A stretch of DNA of 63,686 nt from Candidatus Heimdallarchaeota archaeon (GTDB lineage: Archaea; Asgardarchaeota; Heimdallarchaeia; Heimdallarchaeales; Heimdallarchaeaceae): positions 1 through 63,686 of the forward strand of contig JAUVXV010000017.1 of the NCBI GenBank assembly GCA_030603365.1, given 5' to 3'. Below the pieces are notes generated by a model that made no database searches, was not told the origin of the DNA, and saw nothing but the letters and a program-made list of their open reading frames with translations. This document shows positions 40,525-49,190 of this stretch, in pieces (the first letter of the stretch is position 1; each line of letters begins with the position of its first letter). The translations under genes and the position numbers were made by a program.

Positions 40525-41841
40525 ATGTTTGATCTCGGTTTGATTAATGGAAAAATATACCGGAATGCACAATTCACTCATTTAGATGTTTATATTGAGA
40601 AAGATAAAATTGCAGAAATAATTTCTCCAGATAAGAAATTAGATTGTAAGAAAACTATGGATTGCTCGGGTAAACTAATTATGCCTGGGTTTATTGACCC
40701 ACATGTTCATATCAACCTTGATTTAGGAGAATTCAAAACAAGTGATGATTATGAGAGTGCTTCGAAAGCTGCTGCATTTGGAGGGATCACGACTTTTATA
40801 GATTTCCTTGAACCAATCAATTCTGTTGATGAATTCGATGAAAAGCTTCAAAAAAAGCATAAGGAAGCAGAAACCTCATACATAGACTATAGTTTTCATA
40901 CTACAGTTGGTAACTTCAAAGATGATGTAGGAAAACTTGTTGAAACTTCCTTCAAAAATGGAATACCTTCTATTAAATTATTCACCACATACTCTGAATC
41001 AAATCGAAGATGTTCTTATGGAAAAATAAAGGAGTTTATAGAGAATTCTAGTTTAACAGATTCCTTGATTTTAATTCATGCAGAAAATGATGAAATTATA
41101 CTCAATACTAATGTAGATGATGAAACAGCAGTATATGAGAGTTCTAGACCAGCAAAATCAGAAATTGAAGAAATTGAGAAACTAGCACAAATCGTTTCAG
41201 AACTTAGAGGTAAAATCTATATTGTTCACGTAACTTGTGGATCTTCGATAGAACTCCTAAGAGAGAAATATTCACAACTATTACAGAACAATCTATTCAT
41301 AGAAAGTTGTCCCCAATATTTCTATCTTAACAAAGAAATCTACGAATCAGATTCTGGAAGGTTATATCTTTTAGCACCACCTCTACGGTCGAGAGATGAA
41401 CAAGAGAAATTGAAGAAAAATATAGCAAGCGTAAACACAATTGGAACAGATCATGCTCCATTTACCAAAGAAGAAAAATTAAGATATAATAAGGCAAGCC
41501 AAGTTCCTAAAGGGCTTGGTAGTTTAGAATATAGTTTTTCACTTATGTATAATCTCTTCAGAGAAAGTATTATTGCTAAGTATACAATTAATCCTGCAAT
41601 AATTCACAATCTCTTTCCAAAAAAAGGAATTATTCAAGAAGGAGCAGATGCTGATTTAGTCATATTTGATCCTGATAAGGAACTAATTATTGATTCAGGT
41701 CAATCGAAATCAGATTATAGTGCTTATGAAGGCATTAAAATAAAAGGTGCGGTAGAATCGACAATCTTGAGAGGTCAATTTATTGTAGAAAATAGAAAGT
41801 TCATTGGAACAATTAAAGGTCAGTTTATCAAAAGGAAATAG
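40525..41841 (+). CDS. Dihydropyrimidinase/hydantoinase (HyuA/HydA-like)
   Basis: PGFIDPHVH, GGITT, SIKLF, HAEN, APPLR, GTDHAP, GADADLV. Confidence 0.88.
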   Translation: MFDLGLINGKIYRNAQFTHLDVYIEKDKIAEIISPDKKLDCKKTMDCSGKLIMPGFIDPHVHINLDLGEFKTSDDYESASKAAAFGGITTFIDFLEPINSVDEFDEKLQKKHKEAETSYIDYSFHTTVGNFKDDVGKLVETSFKNGIPSIKLFTTYSESNRRCSYGKIKEFIENSSLTDSLILIHAENDEIILNTNVDDETAVYESSRPAKSEIEEIEKLAQIVSELRGKIYIVHVTCGSSIELLREKYSQLLQNNLFIESCPQYFYLNKEIYESDSGRLYLLAPPLRSRDEQEKLKKNIASVNTIGTDHAPFTKEEKLRYNKASQVPKGLGSLEYSFSLMYNLFRESIIAKYTINPAIIHNLFPKKGIIQEGADADLVIFDPDKELIIDSGQSKSDYSAYEGIKIKGAVESTILRGQFIVENRKFIGTIKGQFIKRK

Positions 41842-41932
41842 GTTTTCTGAGTTTGAGTTTTTTGCATAATAGTGTGCTATTAGTAATTTAAGTATTCAAG
41901 TATCATTGGCAATCCAAAACTAATCCTAGAAT

Positions 41933-42958
41933 TTAAGGAACAATTACTGTTCTAAATTCAGCTGAATACTCTTTCAGTTGATGATGTATCTTGTTGATAG
42001 CTTCTGCTTCTAAAGGTACTGTTCTTGTTACTATATTGGTTAGATCAAGTTTCCCTTGTTCAGCAAGTTCTAGAAGAAATGGTAATTCAGATAGTAAATG
42101 GTCAGAAACACCTATAATCTCCTTTTCTCTACAAATTGCTTCATATGAGTTGATATCAAAAGTATTTGCAGTTATACCTACCAATCCTAATCTACCAAAT
42201 CGAGCTAAAGATCTCACTCCTTGATCCATAGTTAATGAAAGTCCTATAAGCTCTAATGCAACATCTACTCCGTTTCCATTTGATAATTCCATTATTTTCT
42301 CTACAGGGTCATAGTTTTTAGCATTTATAGGAACAGCTCCCATTTCTTCAGCTGTTACAAGTTTTTCTGAATCAATATCCACTGCATAAATTTCTCGTGC
42401 TCCTAATACTTTAGCTAGCTGCAGAGCAGATATTCCCAGGCCCCCTAATCCGAAAATAGCAATAGTTTCTTCAGCTTTAAATCGGGTTTTCTTAAGTGCA
42501 TGAAATGACGTTGCTGATGAACACATCATAACTGAAGCATGTTCATATGAAATTGATTCAGGTAGTTTGAATACTCCTCTAGTTGGTACTGCAATATACT
42601 CTGCATATCCTCCATTAACATCTTTACCAATCATTTTACCTTGAACACAAAATTGTTCTGCTCCTTGAACACAATATTTGCACTTTCCACAGGTGAGCAT
42701 ATAATTGAGACAAACACGATCTCCTTTCTGAAAGTCAACTACATTTTCTCCTACCTCTTCTACCTCTCCTGCAACCTCATGTCCCAAGGAAATAGGTAGG
42801 TGTCCAACTGAAGAGACTCCATCTCGATAATGAACATCAGAATGACAAATCCCTGCAGCTTTAATTTTGATTAATACTTCACCAGTTTTTGGAGTTGGAG
42901 TTTCAACCTCTCTATTTTCTAAATCCCTGTCAATCTCAATCAATTGAACTGCTTTCAT
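41933..42958 (-). CDS. Zn-dependent alcohol dehydrogenase (MDR family)
   Basis: GICHSD, GHE, CGKCKYC...C, GLGGLG. Confidence 0.92.
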   Translation of the reverse strand: MKAVQLIEIDRDLENREVETPTPKTGEVLIKIKAAGICHSDVHYRDGVSSVGHLPISLGHEVAGEVEEVGENVVDFQKGDRVCLNYMLTCGKCKYCVQGAEQFCVQGKMIGKDVNGGYAEYIAVPTRGVFKLPESISYEHASVMMCSSATSFHALKKTRFKAEETIAIFGLGGLGISALQLAKVLGAREIYAVDIDSEKLVTAEEMGAVPINAKNYDPVEKIMELSNGNGVDVALELIGLSLTMDQGVRSLARFGRLGLVGITANTFDINSYEAICREKEIIGVSDHLLSELPFLLELAEQGKLDLTNIVTRTVPLEAEAINKIHHQLKEYSAEFRTVIVP

Positions 42959-43108
42959 ATTTCAACTTACCTCCATTTCTTTTTAAATTTGTTTTTTAAA
43001 CATGCAAATCAGGAATATTTTCGATATCATATAAGAATGGTTTCTTTGAGGTTTAACTTTTCCATATTATTGTGAGCATTTTTATACCTTGAACGGATAT
43101 TAGAACTT

Positions 43109-44629
43109 ATGAAAAGGGATATCATAGTAATTGGTGCAGGTCTTGGAGGTCTCGTTTCAGGAGCCAAACTTGCTAAAGAGGGGAAAAAGGTTCTTCTAAT
43201 TGAGCAACACAATATTCCAGGTGGGTGTGCCACAGTATTCAAGCGTAAAGGATACACACTTGAAGTTGGTCTTCATGAAATGGATGGACTACATGAAGAT
43301 GATTTCAAAGTAAATATTTTTAGAGATTTAAACATCTTTGAAAATGTTGAGTTTCTTGAAATTCCTGAATTCTATCGTTTTACAAATGAACGAGTAGATC
43401 TTGTTATTCCTGATGATATTGACCAAGCTATCAAAAACCTTATTGGTGTTTTTCCTGATGAAGAGCTTGGAATACGAAAATATTTCGATGTAATTATCAA
43501 TCTTCCAAAAGAAATGTTTAGTTTTCCTAAAAAGAAATGGAAACAACTACTCTTATTTCCTTTTGTACCAATTTTATATCCAAAACTTGTAAAGTACCCA
43601 AAAATGACTGTTGGTGATTTCTTAGATACAATTACCAAAAATGACGATTTGAAACTTGTCCTTTTAGCTAATCTAGGTTATTACCATGATGATCCCTACT
43701 CTATGTCTATGGCTTATTATTGTATGGCTCAAAGTAGTTACTATAGAGGTGGAGCATATTATATAAAAGGAGGTTCACAGAAACTCTCTGACTATCTTTC
43801 TCAAGTAATACAAGACAACGGTGGTGAAGTTCTTCTTGGTTATCGAGTTGAGAGGATTATAGTTGAAGATAATAGAGCTATAGGGGTTGAATATAGAAAA
43901 ACAAGTGGCAAAAACCTCGAGATAAAGAAAAGCTTTGCTGAAAAAATTATTGCAAATGCAGCCATTCCTAATGTTGTAAACAATTTATTATCTTCAGATG
44001 AAGCAGCTGTTTTAAAATCAAAAACGATGAATTTAAGAAACTCTTGCTCAGTCTTTTCAATATATATCGGTTTCAAGAAACCAATAAAAGAAATAGGGAA
44101 CAAATACTATTCTACATTTATCGTAGACAGTAAAGTGAAAAACCAAACTGATTTAGCTAATTGTGTGAAAGGAGATTTATCGTCTAAGAATTTTGTTTTC
44201 GTTGATTATAGCCAAATTGACTCTCAGTTAGCTCCAAAAGGAAAAAGTGTGGGTTCTATATGTACAGTTGATTACACATCAGTTTGGGAAAATTTAACAA
44301 AAGAAGAATATAATAAAAAGAAAGAAGAAGTTGCACAGATATTCTTTGACAGATTAGAAAGAGTAATTCCCGGAATCAAACAAGAAATAGATTACTATGA
44401 AGTTGCAACAGCAAAAACGGTTGAACGCTATACGCTGAATCCACAAGGTTCAATTTATGGTTATGCTCAAACACTGGAACAGGCTGTACCCAATCGAATT
44501 AAACAAAAATCACCAATTGAGAATCTCTATTTCGCTTCAGCTTGGACATTTCCTGGCGGTGGTTTCACAGGTGCGATTCTTAGTGGATATCTGTGTGCTA
44601 TAGGAATATTACATAATCAATGGCATTAG
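43109..44629 (+). CDS. FAD-dependent oxidoreductase, phytoene desaturase/RetSat (CrtI-like) family
   Basis: IGAGLGGL, PGGC, KGGSQ, GSIYG, FPGGGF. Confidence 0.85.
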   Translation: MKRDIIVIGAGLGGLVSGAKLAKEGKKVLLIEQHNIPGGCATVFKRKGYTLEVGLHEMDGLHEDDFKVNIFRDLNIFENVEFLEIPEFYRFTNERVDLVIPDDIDQAIKNLIGVFPDEELGIRKYFDVIINLPKEMFSFPKKKWKQLLLFPFVPILYPKLVKYPKMTVGDFLDTITKNDDLKLVLLANLGYYHDDPYSMSMAYYCMAQSSYYRGGAYYIKGGSQKLSDYLSQVIQDNGGEVLLGYRVERIIVEDNRAIGVEYRKTSGKNLEIKKSFAEKIIANAAIPNVVNNLLSSDEAAVLKSKTMNLRNSCSVFSIYIGFKKPIKEIGNKYYSTFIVDSKVKNQTDLANCVKGDLSSKNFVFVDYSQIDSQLAPKGKSVGSICTVDYTSVWENLTKEEYNKKKEEVAQIFFDRLERVIPGIKQEIDYYEVATAKTVERYTLNPQGSIYGYAQTLEQAVPNRIKQKSPIENLYFASAWTFPGGGFTGAILSGYLCAIGILHNQWH

Positions 44630-44676
44630 TAAATATAGAGATGCACTCTAAGGAATGCAAACTATTATTGATGAAG

Positions 44677-44798
44677 GCAGTAATACATAATCTCTTTCTA
44701 GAAAAGGAATTATCCAAGAAGAATCTGATGCTGATCTTGTAATTTTTGACCCAGAGAAAGAAATAAAAATCAATTCTGGTAATTCTAAAGCAGATTAT
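44677..44798 (+). pseudogene. Frameshifted duplicate fragment of the hydantoinase 3' end
   Basis: Aligns with 41596-41718 (IHNLF..KGIIQE..DADLVIFDP.KE....SG.SK.DY) with a 1-nt deletion. Confidence 0.8.
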
Positions 44799-44800
44799 AT

Positions 44801-45664
44801 TCAATATGAAAAAATCAGTTGGATATTATACTCATCCACAAGCTCTTTCATTTCTTTTTCAGAAGGTTTTTTCTCATAATTTTTTGCAGCTTCAATTATC
44901 TTAGGTAGTATTTGCATATCTCCAGCAGTGATTAGAAAACTGTTCTCTAAACCTAATGACCAATGAACTGCTTTATCAATTGCATCTTGAGTTTCTAAAG
45001 GCTCATAAAAATAAGTATTATGTTTCCTAGGACGGTTCTCCCATGGTCTCCGAGCTACAGATTTAATCGTTTGCACTGCAATATTACGCTTAAGACAAAG
45101 CTCCATTAGTTCATTAAACTCCTTTCTATAACGTGGATTTTGCAGCTGTAAATAGTTGTAAGGTAATAGGATAGTATCAAAATCAAAATGCTCCAGGCTA
45201 CGCATATGCACAGCTGGTACTTTGCTACCGTGACCTGTTACTCCCAAGAACCTCACCAGACCCTTATCAAGAGCTTCGATGAATGCTTCCAATGCACCTC
45301 CAGGTCCCATAGCTTTTTCCCAACCTTGAGGATTAGTCAGACCATGCATTTGCCAAAGGTCTATATAGTCTACTTTCATTCGACTTAAAGAGAGTTCAAG
45401 ATCTTTCCAAGCTCCTTTATAGGAACGGCTACGAGTCTTAGTTGCTAGAAAGAAATCATTGCGATGGTTCTCCATCCATGAGCCAATACGCTTCTCAGCA
45501 TCTCCATAAAGTGGTGCTGTGTCAATGTGATTGATACCACTCTCTAATAAGAGATGAAGAATGCGATCAGCCTCCTCTTGTGTTGCCTTACTTAAGGCAT
45601 ATGCACCAAATATTATTTGAGTACTTTTGTGTCCAGTGCGACCAAATTGGTTTCTGAGTATCAT
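44801..45664 (-). CDS. Aldo/keto reductase
   Basis: GRTG, DTAPLYG, LATK, IDLWQMH, LGVTGH. Confidence 0.9.
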   Translation of the reverse strand: MILRNQFGRTGHKSTQIIFGAYALSKATQEEADRILHLLLESGINHIDTAPLYGDAEKRIGSWMENHRNDFFLATKTRSRSYKGAWKDLELSLSRMKVDYIDLWQMHGLTNPQGWEKAMGPGGALEAFIEALDKGLVRFLGVTGHGSKVPAVHMRSLEHFDFDTILLPYNYLQLQNPRYRKEFNELMELCLKRNIAVQTIKSVARRPWENRPRKHNTYFYEPLETQDAIDKAVHWSLGLENSFLITAGDMQILPKIIEAAKNYEKKPSEKEMKELVDEYNIQLIFSY

Positions 45665-45914
45665 TATAATTGTCTCCTTTAATGATAGCTTGATCGATTT
45701 TTACTAATTTCCCTTGTAATGTCTTAGACGTTATTCATCAACTAGGTGAAACAAATTACTATTAATACATATAATTAAAATTCTTTTCTACAAATCTCAG
45801 AATTAACTAGATTAAATTTCCATTAAAACACTAAAAAGTAATATAATTGTTGTAGAAATATAATATTATCAAATTATGAGAGTAGAATTTAGAATGAAAA
45901 AATAGAAAAAATGA

Positions 45915-45934
45915 GAACTAGTTAATACTAGTTC
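45915..45934 (-). terminator. GAACTAG-loop-CTAGTTC hairpin at the stop codon followed by a T-rich tract (also 48956-48975, 49174-49192, 52278-52297, 54242-54260)
   Basis: Five conserved copies, one at the 3' end of each unit. Confidence 0.65.
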
Positions 45935-47499
45935 AGTTTAGTCTTTTTCTTACGAGTTCTCATAACTACAAACATGATTGCAATTGCGACGATTATCAAA
46001 TTTGAAACAATGCCAAATTCGTGAACAGTCGAAAGTATATATTCAACGGATTCACAATTTGAGTGAGTACTGTTTTTTACTCCATCACTGGCTACAATAA
46101 CATAGAAGTATATTCCTTCTGATGGAAGTGTGTCTTCATAGGAGGTTGTGATTTCAGTATTAATTGGAGTTAAAATTTCAACCGATGAAATATAGGAAGT
46201 TGAACGATAGACATAGTATACTGATGCACCTGAAACATCATTCCAGTCCAAAAGAATAGTATCATTATCTGTAGGATTAGGTAAAATTGGAGATAATTCA
46301 GGAGCTATAGGAGGACCATCGAGTTGTTTATAGAAGATATCCGCATCTGTTCCCGCTCCTGCATAATCAGTCCAATCTGTCCACGCTAGATGCACATTCC
46401 CGAAAGTATCGACAGCAAGAGAAGGAAAATCAGATTGCTCTGTACTTTCTGTGGAAACGACTTCTGTAGTATTCCACGAAGAGGTAGCAGCGTCCCAGCG
46501 TTTGTAGAAGATATCCCGATCTGTTCCCGCGCTAGTATAATTAGTATCATCATCCCACGCTATATACACATTCTTTGCAGAATCAACTGCAAGAGAAGGT
46601 TTCTGAGAATGCTCTGTACTTTCTGTGGAAACAACCTCTGTTGTAGTCCATGAGGAATTAGAAGCGTTCCATCGTCTATAGAAGATATCCACATCTGTTC
46701 CCGCTCCAGCATAATCAGCTCTATCTTCCCACGCGATATGTAAATTCCCTAAAGTATCAGTAGCAAGAGAAGGAAAATCAGAACCACTTGTACTTACTGT
46801 AGAAACGACTTCTGTTGTAGTCCACGAAGAGGTAGAAACATCCCAGCGTTTATAGAAAATATCCCAATTTCCGCTAGCATAATCAGTCCAATCTTCCCAC
46901 GCGATATGCACATTCCCGAAAGTATCGACAGCAAGAGAAGGAAAATAAGATTCACCTGTACTTTCTGTAGAAACGACTTCTGTAGTATTCCACGAAGAGG
47001 TAGCAGCGTCCCAGCGTTTGTAGAAAATATCACCATCTATTCCATTCCCAGCATAATCAGTCCAATCCTGCCACGTGATATGCACATTCCCGAAAGTATC
47101 GACAGCAAGAGAAAGATAAAAAGATGCAGCTGTACTTTCTGTAGAAACGACTTCTGTTGTAGTCCACGAAGAGGTAGCAGCGTCCCAGCGTTTATAGAAA
47201 ATATCTGGATCTGTTCCCGCTCCTGCATAATCAGCTCTATCATCCCAAGCTACATGGATATTCCCTTTATCATCCACAGCAAGAGAAGGGTAGTAAGATT
47301 CAGCATCACTTACAGTAGAAATAACTTCTGTTATAGTCCATGTCCAAACAGAACTATCTAGGGAATCTGTGTTGAATTGATTTAATTCTTCTTTTACTAG
47401 AGTTTTTGCATTAACTATATTAAGAGAAGAAGAGCTTAGTAAAAAACCAATAATGAAAACACTTAAACTTATAGAGAGTTTCTTTTTTTTCTTTTTCAT
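45928..47499 (-). CDS. Beta-propeller repeat surface protein (6 blades), FN3-like domain, EF-CTERM anchor
   Basis: Signal peptide from MKKKK at 47499; six ~58-aa repeats; HEFG-TM-RKKK tail. Confidence 0.85.
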   Translation of the reverse strand: MKKKKKKLSISLSVFIIGFLLSSSSLNIVNAKTLVKEELNQFNTDSLDSSVWTWTITEVISTVSDAESYYPSLAVDDKGNIHVAWDDRADYAGAGTDPDIFYKRWDAATSSWTTTEVVSTESTAASFYLSLAVDTFGNVHITWQDWTDYAGNGIDGDIFYKRWDAATSSWNTTEVVSTESTGESYFPSLAVDTFGNVHIAWEDWTDYASGNWDIFYKRWDVSTSSWTTTEVVSTVSTSGSDFPSLATDTLGNLHIAWEDRADYAGAGTDVDIFYRRWNASNSSWTTTEVVSTESTEHSQKPSLAVDSAKNVYIAWDDDTNYTSAGTDRDIFYKRWDAATSSWNTTEVVSTESTEQSDFPSLAVDTFGNVHLAWTDWTDYAGAGTDADIFYKQLDGPPIAPELSPILPNPTDNDTILLDWNDVSGASVYYVYRSTSYISSVEILTPINTEITTSYEDTLPSEGIYFYVIVASDGVKNSTHSNCESVEYILSTVHEFGIVSNLIIVAIAIMFVVMRTRKKKTKLN

Positions 47500-47933
47500 A
47501 ATAATAACCTTTTTATGATTATTAATTTCGTTCAGGTTTAAACGAAATTTTTCGTAACTATGTACATTAGGTGCTAGGAATAAAAGCATTTTCCCTTTTT
47601 TATTCTACTTATCTACAGATTCTTTAGCATTTTTTCCAGACTTGGGTTTTCGTATCATTCTCTAAAAAAGACAAAATTCATATGACAGAAAAATATTTTA
47701 AAATCATGAAGATTTTAATAAATGTTAAAATATGAAATTATGATTACAGTCCGTATAACGAGTTGAAAATTACAGGTGTGGTGGAATCGATAATTCTCAG
47801 GGGAGAATTCCTTGTTAATTTAAACTTATTATTTTGTTCCATTTTAATTTCAATACACAACCAAACACTTACATTAGGTTTACAATTTTTATTATGATAA
47901 AAATCTAACAATGAAATATTAAAATGATTTGAG

Positions 47934-48509
47934 ATGACAAAATACGAATTTGGTATAAATATTCAAAACATTGTTGCTGCTGTAGATTTGTTTACTACAA
48001 TAGATCTTGTGAAAATTTATCATTTGCTTATTGATGAAGAAGGATTGTATATAGATTATAATCCCGACAAATTTCCTGGGGTGATACTTAAAATAAAAGA
48101 TCCTAAAGTTTCATGTCTTATTTTCTATTCTGGCAAATTAGTAATTACTGGTGGTAAGACAACAGATGATGTAACTAAAGGAGTGAAAGAAATTTCTAAG
48201 ATACTCAAGTCTGTAGGAACAATAATTACTGAAGAACCTGAAATTGTTATACACAATATAGTTGCTTCAGGAAATTTCAATCACAAACAGTTGAATCTCG
48301 AGCTTATTGCTCTTTGGCTTGACCAGAGTATGTATGAACCAGAACAATTCCCTGGATTAATCTTTAGATTAAAAGAGCCTAAGACGGTTCTTCTCCTATT
48401 TCAATCTGGAAATCTTGTCTGTACTGGAGCAAAAAATGAAAAGCAAGTATTTGAAGCTGTTGAAAATACATACAAAAAACTGGAAGAGATAAATGCTTTT
48501 GATTTCTAG
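47934..48509 (+). CDS. tbp: TATA-box binding protein
   Basis: Two repeats: NIVA...YNPDKFPG...LIFYSGKLVITG and NIVAS...YEPEQFPG...LLFQSGNLVCTGAK. Confidence 0.95.
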   Translation: MTKYEFGINIQNIVAAVDLFTTIDLVKIYHLLIDEEGLYIDYNPDKFPGVILKIKDPKVSCLIFYSGKLVITGGKTTDDVTKGVKEISKILKSVGTIITEEPEIVIHNIVASGNFNHKQLNLELIALWLDQSMYEPEQFPGLIFRLKEPKTVLLLFQSGNLVCTGAKNEKQVFEAVENTYKKLEEINAFDF

Positions 48510-48634
48510 AATGCTTGATATAAACCACTAGAGCACAAGAATTTCTACCACTCTAATCAAAAGAAAGTTATTCATCAAACTCTTCTTTTTTGTGTGGTTT
48601 TTCTTTAATTTAATTAGCCAAGAACCAACGATCT

Positions 48635-48803
48635 TCAGCATCTCCATAAAGTGGTGCTGTGTCAATATGATTAATACCGCCCTCTAATAAGAGATAAAGA
48701 ATCAATCAGTTTCCTCTTGATTGGCTTTACTTAAAGCATAAGTCCAAAATATTATTCGTGAGATTTTATGTCCCGTCCTTCCAAAGTGTTTTCTCGGAAT
48801 CAT
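48635..48803 (-). pseudogene. Frameshifted duplicate of the aldo/keto reductase 5' end
   Basis: MIPRKHFGRTGHK...ALSKANQEETD, frameshift, ILYLLLEGGINHIDTAPLYGDAE; aligns with ~45495-45664. Confidence 0.85.
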
Positions 48804-48955
48804 TACTTAATACTCCTAATGTGTTTAGTATTCTTAAGTAATTCAAAGAAAATGAGCTTAAATATAATCTTTTTCGAAACAATAACAAAAAGCTACATCT
48901 ATGTGGATGAAGCTAATGATATTGTTCTGGTCAGATCAGAAGAAAAATAGAGAAG

Positions 48956-49094
48956 GAACTAGTAAAGACTAGTTCATTGTATTTTGTTTTTTGTTTTTTC
49001 ATAATATCAACCTTCTTAATTATCAATCCCGTTTAGAATAAACGAGATTTCTCAAATTGAATACATAAGGTGTTCAAAATAAAAACATTTTCCC
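48956..49094 (-). pseudogene. Empty propeller-gene unit (promoter, 5' hairpin and start fused to the stop region and 3' hairpin)
   Basis: All flanking motifs of the full units are present; ATG AAA AAA CAA AAA ACA AAA joins almost directly to TGAACTAG. Confidence 0.8.
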
Positions 49095-49190
49095 TTCCTT
49101 TTCAAGAAATATAAGATTCAGACTACTTGTTGTGAAATAAGTAGTGATTTTATTACAAAAAAAAGGAAAATACGAACTAGTTAATCTAGT

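Noticed and set aside
48768-48950. 60-aa plus-strand ORF
   Set aside because: Overlaps the antisense of the reductase remnant, with no motif or SD
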